The notes beneath the pieces are model-generated. The model ran no database searches and was not told where the DNA came from. It was given only the letters and a program-made list of their open reading frames with translations. A stretch of 60,634 bases of DNA, the filler included, from Diploschistes diacapsis (lineage: Eukaryota), in the NCBI GenBank assembly GCA_023645945.1. It is 6 parts of 6 records of this genome, joined end to end, with 100 filler letters (N's around TTAATTAATTAA, not from the genome) between each part and the next. Parts side by side here need not be neighbours in the genome. Positions count along the whole stretch, not along the records: positions 40,511 to 50,528 come from JALAIB010000971.1; positions 50,629 to 60,634 come from JALAIB010000972.1; 4 more parts are not named here. One strand, given 5' to 3'. A program made the translations under genes and the position numbers. Below, in pieces: positions 47,032 to 58,289 of this stretch. Position 1 is the stretch's first letter. Every line of letters starts with the position of its first letter.

Positions 47032-47750
47032 GACCAGCAGTATTCTGTCCGGTATCTGCTTGGTGGATAAAGAGGTTGGCTACAGCCTAGTGAAAAGAAC
47101 ATAACGAGCATTTATACCTTGCAACCCCTAACCTTTCAATATGGTCTGCGACGCTGAGACGGCTATTCTCACACAGGGCTGCAACCCGCAGGCCGCAACG
47201 CGAGGTATGTGATCCGCTGTGCCTAATGCTTTTCCGCCAGCCTTGGAATGTGCGTCAATGCCTGTCAGGTCAGCACGCCGACTTGCTGCCTAGAACAGCA
47301 AGTATCTTTGCTTACAATAAAGGCTGTAACGGTACTTGCATTGGCTATTCAAGTATAGCGTCCGACTTCTTTCCTTAAGCTTTAGGATCTCTCTTTTGAG
47401 ACTTATGTCCTTGCGCTGCATACTACAACTAACTCCCCTTGTTCAGGGCAATATTCCCTAAGTCCCTAATCATTCAGCAGCTTTGCATGTTTTCACGTGA
47501 TCTTCATTAACCAAACAAGCCCGCCGCGAGTCCGATAAGTAAAGGTATCTAAGTCTTTTATGATTGCCGTTTTATAGGGTCATGAGCGTGTAGTAATTCC
47601 TAATCGTCAGAGACTCGTCATAAATTTAAATAATGATGATGTGAAATATCAAGTCTCAAATGCAAATTTATAGAGGTATCAAAGCGCGGAGTGGTAGGAG
47701 CAAATTTATCAAATCATAAACCACGACCTTCCCCTTGAGCCATCCTACCT

Positions 47751-48712
47751 TTAGTAGCCCTTCTTCTGGGTCTCGTTCTCCAACTAATGCCACAATTCTG
47801 CATCTCTCACCGTGCTGCTCGCTTTCCAGCTCCCACCAGAAGCCTTTCCGACTGGAACGTAATACTGCCCGTTATTCAGCTCTTCCTTCTTGCACGTCGC
47901 TGCCCAAAGTTCGTTTCTCGCTCCTTGCTCGACGCTGGAGCAAAGGCTGTTTGAAATGGCCGATGCGACCTGAGCAAAGACTCTGGCACTTTTGAAATTG
48001 TCCCACGGCGTAGTGCCAGCGACAATACCGGCGTGCACCGCTATGCTGGAGATCTCAGGGTAGCGTTTAGCACATTCTCGGGCAAAGAGGGTGTCGGCGA
48101 GCTTGGAGTTTTCCCCCATGGACGCAGGCCCATCATTTTCGGCTCGTTCAGGACGAGGCCCTGGTGGTGCGTTCTGTGCGCTTCGGATGAGGTAGTGACG
48201 ATACGAGCGTCGGCGCGGGGCTGCTTTGCTGTCGATCGCAGTGTTGGCATGAGCAGTTTGATGAGCAGAAAGGGCCCCATAACGTTGGTTCCGAACTGGA
48301 TCTCGTAGCCATCCTCTGGCAAGCCAGGACTCCGGCATTGTTGAAGAGAAGGTCCAGATGTGCTGAAGAGCTTTGGAACTTCTTGGCCGCTTCTGAGACT
48401 GACTTGAACGAGGCAAGATTCGGCGGCAGATGGGTGATCGATGTGCCGGGAACGGCTTCTCGCATGTCTGCAATCGCTGCCTCTACCTTTTGCGGTGATC
48501 GAGCAGCTAGCCAATGTGTTGTGGGTTGTGTTGAGCTAGGTCGATGATGGTTTCCTTTCCAAGGCTCGCATTTCCTAGGCCTGTTAGCATGAGCACTTAA
48601 GGGAGTGCCTCGAGTTGACCAACCTCCTGTGACTAAGATAACCTTTGCCTGCTAGGCTGGAGATATCCACCTTTGGATCGAAATGTTTCCCACCTACTAT
48701 TGCCGAAAGCAT
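47751..48712 (-). pseudogene. Short-chain dehydrogenase/reductase (retinol-DH/WWOX-like) with multiple frameshifts and a premature stop
   Basis: FDPKVDISSLAGK/VILVTGG|NASLGKETI, HLDLLFNNAG, EDGYEIQFGTNVMGPFLLIKLLMPTL, SKLADTLFARECAKRYP and SVEQGARNELWAAT are spread over three frames. TAG follows ELWH. Confidence 0.85.
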
Positions 48713-49383
48713 ACTAATATGATGTATGTGCTAGGAACAAGTCTTTTGGACGCAGATAGATTGGCTCAAGTACTTAGGGTATGTGAGTAGCTCAAGTATG
48801 TCAATTGTGAAAATAATTGCCGAGGTCTTATCTTCTTCCATTGAAGCAGCGTATGAGGACATCTTATATAAAATCGCCGCAATTTATAGCATCGGCGGCG
48901 TATGATTATGGCCGTAGATAAAGGCTTCAATAACCTTCCAGGAAACCATCGTGCGTCATCGGATTGAATTCCATTTCCGATGTGAAGATAGGCTCTTTAC
49001 GGCCATAAAGAGGCATTCTGTACGACCTCGAAGGATCACCGCCATTAGGGGTTCAGAGCCGTTATAGCCTTCATGAGGGGTCGCACTGGTAGTTAGTTCC
49101 GCATCTGTGTCGCGGTAAGACTTGAAGATGAAGGAATCAGGCTTGGCATCGAATCATCGTATATGCATCTTTGGACATTGAAACTTGTAAAGTCTTTTCA
49201 TACCAACGCTTTCCTTCCCTAGAGGACTGGAACTACAATTATGCGCACAAGGCAGAGACGAAGTTGACTCAGCGCCAATTAGCTGGAAAGCCTTTCTATG
49301 GGTTGCAAGCCAACCATCCTCCCACAACCACCCGGATTATAGCCCTCGCCTTGCACACCCACTCGCACTAACAGCTACGAAAA

Positions 49384-50528
49384 ATGCCGAACCCCCGCAT
49401 GACAGCGAACCCTGTCCGGCCTGCGCGCTATCGTCCCGGCAAAGGACAGGACACGGCCAGCGAGTCCGAGTCCGAAGGCTCGGAAGAAGAGCAAGAACAG
49501 CAGCAGCAGCAGCAGCAGCAGCAACAACCTCCCGCGCCCAAATTCAAGACCGGCCCGCGCCCCGCGCCACAGACAAGCAAAGTAACTTCCGCCTTGCGCT
49601 CGGTCTCGGTCTCAGCCCGCCGCGCGCAGGAGGACGCAGCAAGGCCAGAAGCCTCGGAAGCTGGCGCGCACGCCATCAACGAGGAGGAATTCGAAACGGA
49701 GAGCGAGTCGGAAGGAGGAGAAGGGGCTGCGGCGCAAAAGAAGCCAGGCGGCGGGGCATCGCCCGGCTCGGAAGCCAGCGCGTCGGCGTCGGAAGGAGAA
49801 TCGGAATCCGAAGAAGAAGAAGAAGAAGAAGAAGAAAGCAGCAGCAGCAGCGGTGGAGACGACGCCCCCAAGCTCCTGCGCCCCACCTTCATGCGCAAAG
49901 CCAAACGGCCCGAGCCCACCGCCGAGGCCGAGGCCGAGGCCGAAGCGCACGCCGCCTCCGAGGCCCGACGCCAAGAAGCCGCCACGCTGCTCGTACAGGA
50001 GCAGCTGGAGCGCAACGCCGCGCTCCGCAGCCTGGAGAAGAAGGCGTGGGACGACTCGGACGCGGAGGCGGCGGAAGCCGAGGTGGACGACGCGGACGGG
50101 CGGGACGCGGCGGCGGAGCTGGCGGCGTGGAGGCTGCGGGAGCTGCAGCGCGTGCAGCGCGAGCGGGCGGCGATCGAGCGGGCCGAGACGGAGCGGGCGG
50201 AGCTCGAGCGGCGGCGCAACCTGGGCGCGGACGAGCGCGCGGCCGAGGACGCGGCGTTCCTGGCGCGCCAGAAGGACGACCGCGCCGGCCGCGCCAGGGC
50301 CGGCTTCATGCAGCGCTACTTCCACCGCGGCGCCTTCTTCCAGGACGACGAGTACGCCAGGGCCGAGGGCCTGGACGCGCGCGATCTCATGGGCAGCCGC
50401 TTCGCGGACGACGTGGCCAATCGCGAGATGCTGCCGGAGTACATGCAGGTGCGCGACATGGCGAAGCTGGGCCGCAAGGGGAGGACGAAGTACAGGGACC
50501 TGAGGAGCGAGGATACGGGGAGGTGGGG
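49384..50528 (+). CDS. MFAP1 / Spp381-like spliceosomal B-complex protein, 3' end lost in the gap
   Basis: RMTANPVRPARYRPGK, KLLRPTFMRK, AWRLRELQRVQRER, FMQRYFHRGAFFQD and LPEYMQVRDMAKLGRKGRTKYRDLRSEDTGRW, with acidic low-complexity tracts. Confidence 0.9.
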
Positions 50529-50628
50529 NNNNNNNNNNNNNNNNNNNNNNNNNNNNNNNNNNNNNNNNNNNNTTAATTAATTAANNNNNNNNNNNNNNNN
50601 NNNNNNNNNNNNNNNNNNNNNNNNNNNN
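50529..50628. other. Assembly gap with TTAATTAATTAA linker
   Basis: Same 100-bp N/linker structure as the other gaps. Confidence 0.97.
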
Positions 50629-51817
50629 GAGGTGGGTGGTGGGGCGGGCTGATGGCCACGGCGAGCGCCGCCGTCAAGCAGGCGGAGGCCATTGCGAAGG
50701 ATCTGAGGGAGAACGAGGAGGCGCAGAAGTGGGCGGAGCAGGTCAGGGGAAACGTAGGGGTGCTGAGGAGCTACGGTGAGTTTGCGAGACTTTGAACTTG
50801 GGGAGAACTGGAACGGGAAGCGTGCGCAGGGGGAAATGGGAGAGCAGTCGACTTTGCTAATACGGAGCCGCAGGCGGCGAGTTGAGATCCAAGGCATTGC
50901 CGACGTTTACGAATATTCTGAACACGCTCGCACCGCCCATCTCGTCGCACGAGAAGCTGCAAATCCACATCACACATGACTTTGTCGGATACCCATCGCT
51001 AGACCCGTTGATTTACCAGACCTTTTCCAGGGTGATGGCGCAGGTGGAGGGCGGAGAGCTCATGGTCATTCAACGAGGGCAAGAGTCGAAACAGCGGCGT
51101 CAATCAGAAGGAGCATACAGAGGAGCGAATACGGCAGGCTGGAATGACGGGCCCTGGTGGAGAGATTCGGCAGAAAGACGCGATTTTGGAATTGTCAAAG
51201 GTCTTGTCGAAGGCACCAAACTCGCCAAGGTTAGCGCAGAGACCCACGCCAACGACTATTTCCAACCTCAGGGCGGCGTCGAAGAAGCAGCAAAGAAAGC
51301 TACCGAGCTTTTCACCCAAGATAACCCAACCCGCAATTCTGATATTTTTCTTTCCGTCCAGGCCATAAGTTATGATGCCCCTACAGACTTGTTCGGCGGC
51401 AACGATCAATCACAGATACAGGAGAAGCCAGCAGTCGTGGACCCAAACACAGAGCCTGAAGAGCTTGTTTGCTTTGCCCTCTACCTGTACGACCCCGTCC
51501 ACAGCATCACCTTCCACGCTGTCACACAAAGCTTGCCTCAGAGGTGGATCGGGTGGATAAATAACGATACCACAAGCGAGGATGTGGGCCCCCAAGGTTT
51601 GCCGGACGACGTTCAGGACATCGTCAATGATGGCGGCGTTGACCCACGTGAATGGGTCAGTGAGTGGGTGGAGGAGGTACTCACGCTTGGAGTTGGAATG
51701 GTAGCGCAAAGATACGTTGCAAGAAGGATGGGCGTGGGCGAAGGTGGCCTTGGAAGAGGCAAGGCGAGGGAGGCTGTTGTCGAAGCCGGAGCAGGAGAGG
51801 CTGCAAGGGCAATGTAA
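50629..51817 (+). CDS. MTC1: Maintenance of telomere capping protein 1 homolog, 5' part lost in the gap; intron ~50776-50873
   Basis: WWGGLMATASAAVKQAE...WAEQVRGNVGVLRSY|...ALPTFTNILNTLAPPISSHEKLQIHITHDFVGYPSLDPLIY...DPREWVSEWVEE...GMVAQRYVARRMG. Confidence 0.8.
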
Positions 51818-51900
51818 GAGCTAACAATCGGATCGGGCCGGAAGGGGCTTTGATGTAGGTGTTACTGGGGAGAGCCTCGACTCGAGCTACAACAACGTCC

Positions 51901-52354
51901 TCACTTCCCCTTGCCCCCAGTGGCGGCTGACTTGGGCTTATCCTTCTTGCCACCTTTGAGCATTTCGAGATGGCCTGCTTTCTCTGCAAGGTTACGCTCC
52001 GTCTTGGCTGTGAGACCTGCAGAGTACTTCTAATGCAAGCGTAAGCTCAGCTCTGTCAATACAGATGCAAGGAGCAGATGCAGGTCCTAGTATAGCCAGA
52101 GTTACTTACTTTGGTAATCTTACTCTTCTTTACGAGCGCTTCCTTCTTGGGCTTTATCACCCGTTTTCCCTTTTTGGCGTCTGGATGAGAGGATCTGATA
52201 TGATTGGCTGCTTAGTGATGGCCATCTCGAGGGCTTGAGAACATAGCTTCAACCTTTGGGTAAAATACAGCTCGTTGACTGGCATAGGACGATATGTTAC
52301 TTACCGCTTTGGGGCCGTTGTGGCTCTGGACTTTTTGATCGTTCCTTGCGCCAT
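51901..52354 (-). CDS. Small basic UPF0390/DUF2462-family protein, 2 introns
   Basis: Starts MAQGTIKK. The last exon is [31 protein letters not shown]. Donors GTAAGT at ~52303 and ~52110. Confidence 0.75.
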
Positions 52355-52689
52355 TCTTGAATTGTACTATTCTCTCGGATATGACTTTACTCGAGGGGAA
52401 TGGGAGCTCGACTGTATATTGATGGATTGATGGATTGATGACTTCTTCGTTGTGAGCGCACGGGCCGAAAATTGCCGATTTCCATTCAGCCCTAAATGGA
52501 CTTGCCCTCGTGTATTGCGGGTCATAACTTTGCCTAATTAATTCAAGTCATACGAAACAGAGCTAAATTCGACTTCAAAAAAAGCCTGGGGCAAGTCCGG
52601 GCCTGGTGATACACACAACTTCACCACGTTCCCTTGTTGCCCATATATGCAGCTCCTGGAAGGTTGGAATCTACCTGTAATTACTTAAC

Positions 52690-55410
52690 ATGGTCCTTGT
52701 AGGAGAATCTTTAACGTGGCTTGAGCTTCCTGGACCTCCAGCCACAAAGGTAAGGGTCTGATCTCTTTACTATCTTTGTTCAATATTTCCGAGATTATTG
52801 TCTCAGTACAGCTCGTAGGCGCCGCAGTTGTTTTTATCCGGCTTTGCAGTCAAGATGATCTGCCTGGGGCGACCCAAGACGTTTTCCTTTGCGTTGTATC
52901 AAGAATCATTGTTGGGATCATCGGAAAATCTTCTCACATCCACGAACTCCTCAAGTCTGGCCGAATATTTATTTCATATATTCAAGGACAATGGGAGGCA
53001 TTCTTCCTACCAATTTCTGCAAACCTAATTCCGGGTGTCTCTTCTGCACTAATCATTGCTGCAGCAATCAAAAAGGCCCTACCTATGGTTTCTACGACAT
53101 GTCGGAGCAAATCGCAGTTTCACAGTGAAATTGGATGGCAGATGGCGCACCGCCGAAGGGGGTTGCTGGACATGCTGTGGACATGACAAGATTTGAGGAT
53201 TTCCCTCTGTCAAATATCGAGGCTTTGCCTTGAACGATGAACAGCCAGCTCTCAATAGCTGGGCCCAAGAGAGCTAGCCCAACGGACCATATGGGCCTGG
53301 GTTCATTAATCAGTATTACTCCCGGGTTTTTGAACTCATGTTGCGCTTAATGGCCAAGTATATCTGGCCGGCAAAATGGGACAGCATGTACACACTGGAT
53401 GATCCTGAAAACGACAAGAACACGAAATTCCACGGTTGTGCCGAGCCAATTTATGAGGTGGACCATGGGACAGAGTCTTTTTTTGAACACGACCTGGAGC
53501 TATGCTTCCAATCAGAAAACGGTACAGAGTTCATGAAGGTTAGAGTGCAGCAAGAGGTGCCCTACCAGCACATGTGGTGGGAGATACTGCTTCACCAGCC
53601 CTAAAATCTGTCGCAACTTGAAGACACTGTTCAAGTACAACAAAGCTATTAAGAGATGCATTCAATAATAAACCACACTGGCAATGTTTCGCAGATGTTC
53701 TGTCTCTATAATAAGGTCGGAGGCTACTTCGAGCAAGGACTCGGTGTACTTGATAACATTGCACTCTTACAGGCTGATGATAACTGGGGCGATATCCAAC
53801 GACTCCCGCTCTCGAGCGAGAAGCAATAGAACTGCTGGCGCTACTGTTTACTATCACTTCGATTATGTTATGTTGGTATTCCCCACGACTTCAGGTGGAT
53901 AAGCACGATCAATCTGCAGAAGAATTGCGAGTAAATGCATCTCACAACGAAGGAGAAGCTTGACAAATCTGGATTGTCAATGTGCAAGACTTGGAAGGCT
54001 TGGGAGTTCATCTGATCCACTTCTCGAACCTTGCCTATGACGCTCCGTTATGGTTCTCGCCACATATTACAATGACTTGGCTCCAACTATGGACCGCAAG
54101 AGAGTTTGGCTTCGCTGTTGCGAATGACATGGTGATGGTAATGGACGATTATGGTATGCTACTGGGCAGGAAAAAGTTCGAGATGCTTGGTCCACAGCTA
54201 TACTCTCTGGTCAACTACAGTGAGGCCCAAATTGTGCTGAGTGAATGGAGCGATTTGGTTGGCATGGCACAAGCATCTACGGCAAGCTCGATTCCGCCTC
54301 GCAACCGTCTTCATTCGAAATGGTATTGCATCCAGCTATGGCTGTACTAGTACGAACATGATCGCGCAGGACATCATGGATTGCTTCAACCAAGATGATA
54401 CCATCACACAGCGCTATCACTCCCTCTTTGGAGGCATGTGGGACCACATTATGGATCAAACTCATATAGGATACAATTGGTGGCAGCAACCAATGAGGAA
54501 TATTGTACCGCCATTGATGCACGTCCACACGCTAGAACTTGCCTCGGGAGGTAGCATAGGCATGACTGCAGAAACCAATAATAGGTGGGCTCCAGGCAAC
54601 CCTATGTACAATATTGCAAACTCCAACTCCACTCAGATACTGCCAGCTGTTGATGCTTATGGACCACAGTCATGGTACATTGACGTTTACCCGATTTCGA
54701 CAAAGTCCGTATCATTTCAAGTATCACCGGGAGCTTCTCGGGTCAAGGCTTCCCCAGTCTCTGGCACCTTGTCCGCTTCAGGTAACTGCCTGTCAGTAGA
54801 TTGAAATGCTGTCCCTACAGAGTCATGTCAGGTTCCAACCGCTGTTACCTCTAGCAGCGGCTGAGGCAGTTTCAATATGCCGCAGGTCTTATTAAACTTG
54901 AATCACACAACCGTTCCTGCTGAAGCCCACGGTTTCGTTGAGTCATGTGGGCACATTCCAGCAGAAGCTGAGAACACCACGGTCAACACTTCCGATGGAA
55001 ATGTAATGTATGGTACAATCCCAGGCTATGATAGAACCGTATCTGGGGGTAACACTGTTGCCTGTAACTGCTGATAGCCAGGCCCTACCCAAATCGCCCC
55101 AAGCTATCTTATGATTTTTATGCGTTTTCCATTGTATCCATGGGCCAAGATTACCGTCCAAGTTGGCGCATCTCTATCACTGAAGTACGCTGTTACCATT
55201 GACCATGAAATACCATAGGTCGGCCAGCCGTGCCCGAGCTATACTCTTGGTACGTTGCCGAGTGCATGGGGTGCAGCTGTGAGTAATGCCGTGTGGACAA
55301 ACAGGACGTTCTTGGGCTATGGAACCCACTCTAGCGTTCCAGGAAACAGTGATAGATGTAGGCAGAGTGAGGCCTAGCTACCTTAGAACCCCTGAGAGCA
55401 TCCGGTTGTA
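52690..55410 (+). pseudogene. Glycoside hydrolase family 115 (alpha-glucuronidase) relic
   Basis: Fragments KYRGFALNDEQPAL, VFELMLRLMAKYIWPAKW, YGMLLGRKKFEML, RYHSLFGGMWDHIMDQTHIGYNWWQQP and GFVESCGHIPAEA are interrupted by many stops and frameshifts. Confidence 0.8.
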
Positions 55411-55954
55411 AGGTGACGATGGAGGCTAATCGTGAACAATATCCTATCAATCAGCCCATTAGGGTCGTCTTACGAAATAGGATTGTCTATTGTATTCATG
55501 GAGCTGCTGGAACCTTTATTCGGAAGTACTCTGCGGTGACAAATATAAGCTGTTGTCGTTGTCAATGGTCCCGACGATTACGCCTGCTTTGTCAGCAGAA
55601 GCTGACTGTGTAAAACTCCCAAGTAACTATTGGTTCCTAATGACACTTCCAGTGCCAACCGTAGATTGATTTCAACTACGTAGATTCTGCTGCTGAGCTC
55701 TAGCCATGTTCAACTGCTAGCATGTCTGTAGCTGCGGGCTCAAATTTACATTATTATCATCGAGGATAGAGTTTTTAACGCTCCACCATTAGCGCCTTCC
55801 ATTTATAAAAAGCCAACATGTCTGCACATCTTCGAGATCTGTTTCATTTGGCTTTGATGCCGATTCGTCATGTCTGTTAGCGTTGAGAAGCAACAAGAAC
55901 AGGAGCAGGAGCTTGAAGCGGAACAGCAGCCGCACTTTTCGAACAGTCTTGGGG

Positions 55955-57654
55955 ATGTCAAAAACTCCCCAACATGCATCACCCCAAACGGGATCCGAAG
56001 CTGAGGACATCGAGAAGGTAGCGCACCCCGGATCTGCATCGTCCAGTCCGAAAAATGAGACACAGAAAGATGCAAAGACTCGGGATGCTTCAGAGCCGCC
56101 CAAGCGCACGCCTTTGCACAATGTCGCGCTCATCACCGTCTTGTGCTTCGCTCAGATCATGCTTCAAGCTTCTCTGGCCCAGTCAATCTTACCACTGCAG
56201 TACATCAGTGCCTCTTTTGGCATCAGCGATCCTGGACAGCAGAGTTGGCTCACGGCCGCCTTTTCTCTAACGGTGGGAACTTTTATACTACCAGCCGGTA
56301 TGCTGCCACTGCCCTGGTACTAGCACGGCATCAACTGACCACACCATAGGGCGCTTGGGCGATATGTACGGCCACAAAGTAAGCAACATCTCACCATGCG
56401 TTTATATGAGTTCTAAGCCTTTGACCCCAAGACGGTCTTTCTCTGCGGTCTTGCTTGGTATGCTGCAGCGTGCATCATATGCGGCGTCTCCGTCTATTCC
56501 GGCGTCATTCTCTTCAGCGTGGCAAGAGCACTGCAGGGCATTGGTCCTTCTTTGATGGTTCCCAACGCCTTGGCTCTTCTTGGGCGGGAGTATCCGGACG
56601 GTTCTATGAAGAATCTGGTTTTTTCTTTGTTTGGAGCCTGTGCACCTGGAGGCTATCAGCTGGGAGCCATTTTCAGCTCTATATTCGTCCAGTTTGCTTG
56701 GTGGCGTAAGTTGAAAAGCTTTTGCACAGAGTCAACGTTCTGACTAGTTGTTTAGCTTGGACGTTCTTCGCGGCTGCAATCTTCGCAGTCGTCTACGTTG
56801 TGCTTGCTTTCCTCATTATACCGCCGGGCAGCGACTCAAGCGAACCACCACCGGACTTGAGCTTCGACTGGGCAGGGTGTATCCTCGGTGTCAGTGGCCT
56901 CGTCCTCTTTAACTTTGGCTGGAACCAAGCCGGTGTGGTTGGCTGGCAGGAGCCCTACACTTACGCTCTTATGATTGTCGGATTGATCCTGCTTGGTCTG
57001 CTATGCCACGTCGAACTCAACGTTGCAAAGAAGCCACTGTTACCCATGCGGTCCTTGTCCCGGGCCACGATCCTAGCTCTTGGCTGCATCGTTGCTGGGT
57101 GGGCGTCTTTTGGTGTTTGGGTGTGGTTCTCCCAGGAGTTTCTCATGAAACTCCGCGGGGCGACGCCGTTGCTCACCGTGGCCGAGACTTGTGGAATAGC
57201 GATTTCCGGAGCTTCAGCGGCTCTTCTGACCTCCTATTTATTGCCAAGGACACGGCCCGGCCTGGTTATGGTCATGGCCATGCTTGCCTTCTGCGTCGGC
57301 AACGTTCTTGTCGCAACAGCGCCGATAGACCAATCCTATTGGGCACAGTTCTTTCCCATGGTAATAATCATCCCCTTTGGGATGGACTTTAGCTTTCCAT
57401 CGGGCACGATAATTCTGAGTAATAGCATGGCGAGGGAAGATCAAGGCGTGGCTGCGAGTCTCGTTACGACTGTCGTTAATTACTCCATCTCCCTCAGTCT
57501 CGGAATAGCAGGCACCATCACCAGGCACCTTACAGGACAGTCTCTGAACCCCAACGCAATACTCAACGGCTACAGAGGCGCCTTCTACTATGCTATCGGC
57601 TTAGACCTGCTTGGACTCGTGATCGCGATATGGTTGACGTTCATCCAAAGATAA
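55955..57654 (+). CDS. MFS drug:H+ antiporter (DHA2, ATR1-like); exons 55955-56297, 56350-56378, 56432-56705, 56756-57654
   Basis: SWLTAAFSLTVGTFILPA|GRLGDMYGHK (motif A), ARALQGIGPSLMVPNALALLG, FDWAG and GMDFSFPSGTIILSNSMAREDQGVAASLV. Many TM helices. Confidence 0.9.
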
Positions 57655-58289
57655 TACCAGACATGCGCTGTAGCTTTGAGCGTGTATCCATAGATACATA
57701 CTATAAATGCCGTAATACTATCTACCTACACATGAGATACAACATTTATATAATTGGCACTTGGTGAAAATATCCAGATCCAGCTCGATGTGGGTATACG
57801 TTATATGGTATCTACCATGAACCTTGACTTCTTGACTTCTTTGGTCGGTGGTTGGGTCGTTGCACCAAACCACCACGGGCGGGGGAACTTGGGTCTGGTA
57901 GAACTGGTGCAGATCCCAGAGTCCAGGGCCGCGGCACCCCCATTTCATGTTTATTTTGCGGGGAATCCCAACTGCTGATACTTTCCCCCTTCTTATCCAT
58001 ACAACTGTCGACCTTCCATACCCTCCCAGCTATTCTTCGTCGTTCATTTGTCCTCCTCCGCAGATTTGATTCCAGATAAGGTTACAGTACGCTGCAAGAA
58101 AAGTGTACGAGCACCAATAGGTTCACCGCACCTGGCCTCCATCATGGAAGGACTCATGCCGCTTCTACTAGTAGTAGTCGTCGCTGCAGCTGAAAACTTC
58201 GCTTTGACTACTATTATCACTATTCATCTATCACCACCTCACTTTACTACGCCTTCTGGCTTTCCGACTGCCTTCCAAGCTATGAGACA

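Noticed and set aside
49428..50576. Long alternative-frame and antisense ORFs over MFAP1
   Set aside because: These are shadows of very GC-rich, low-complexity coding sequence with no independent motifs.
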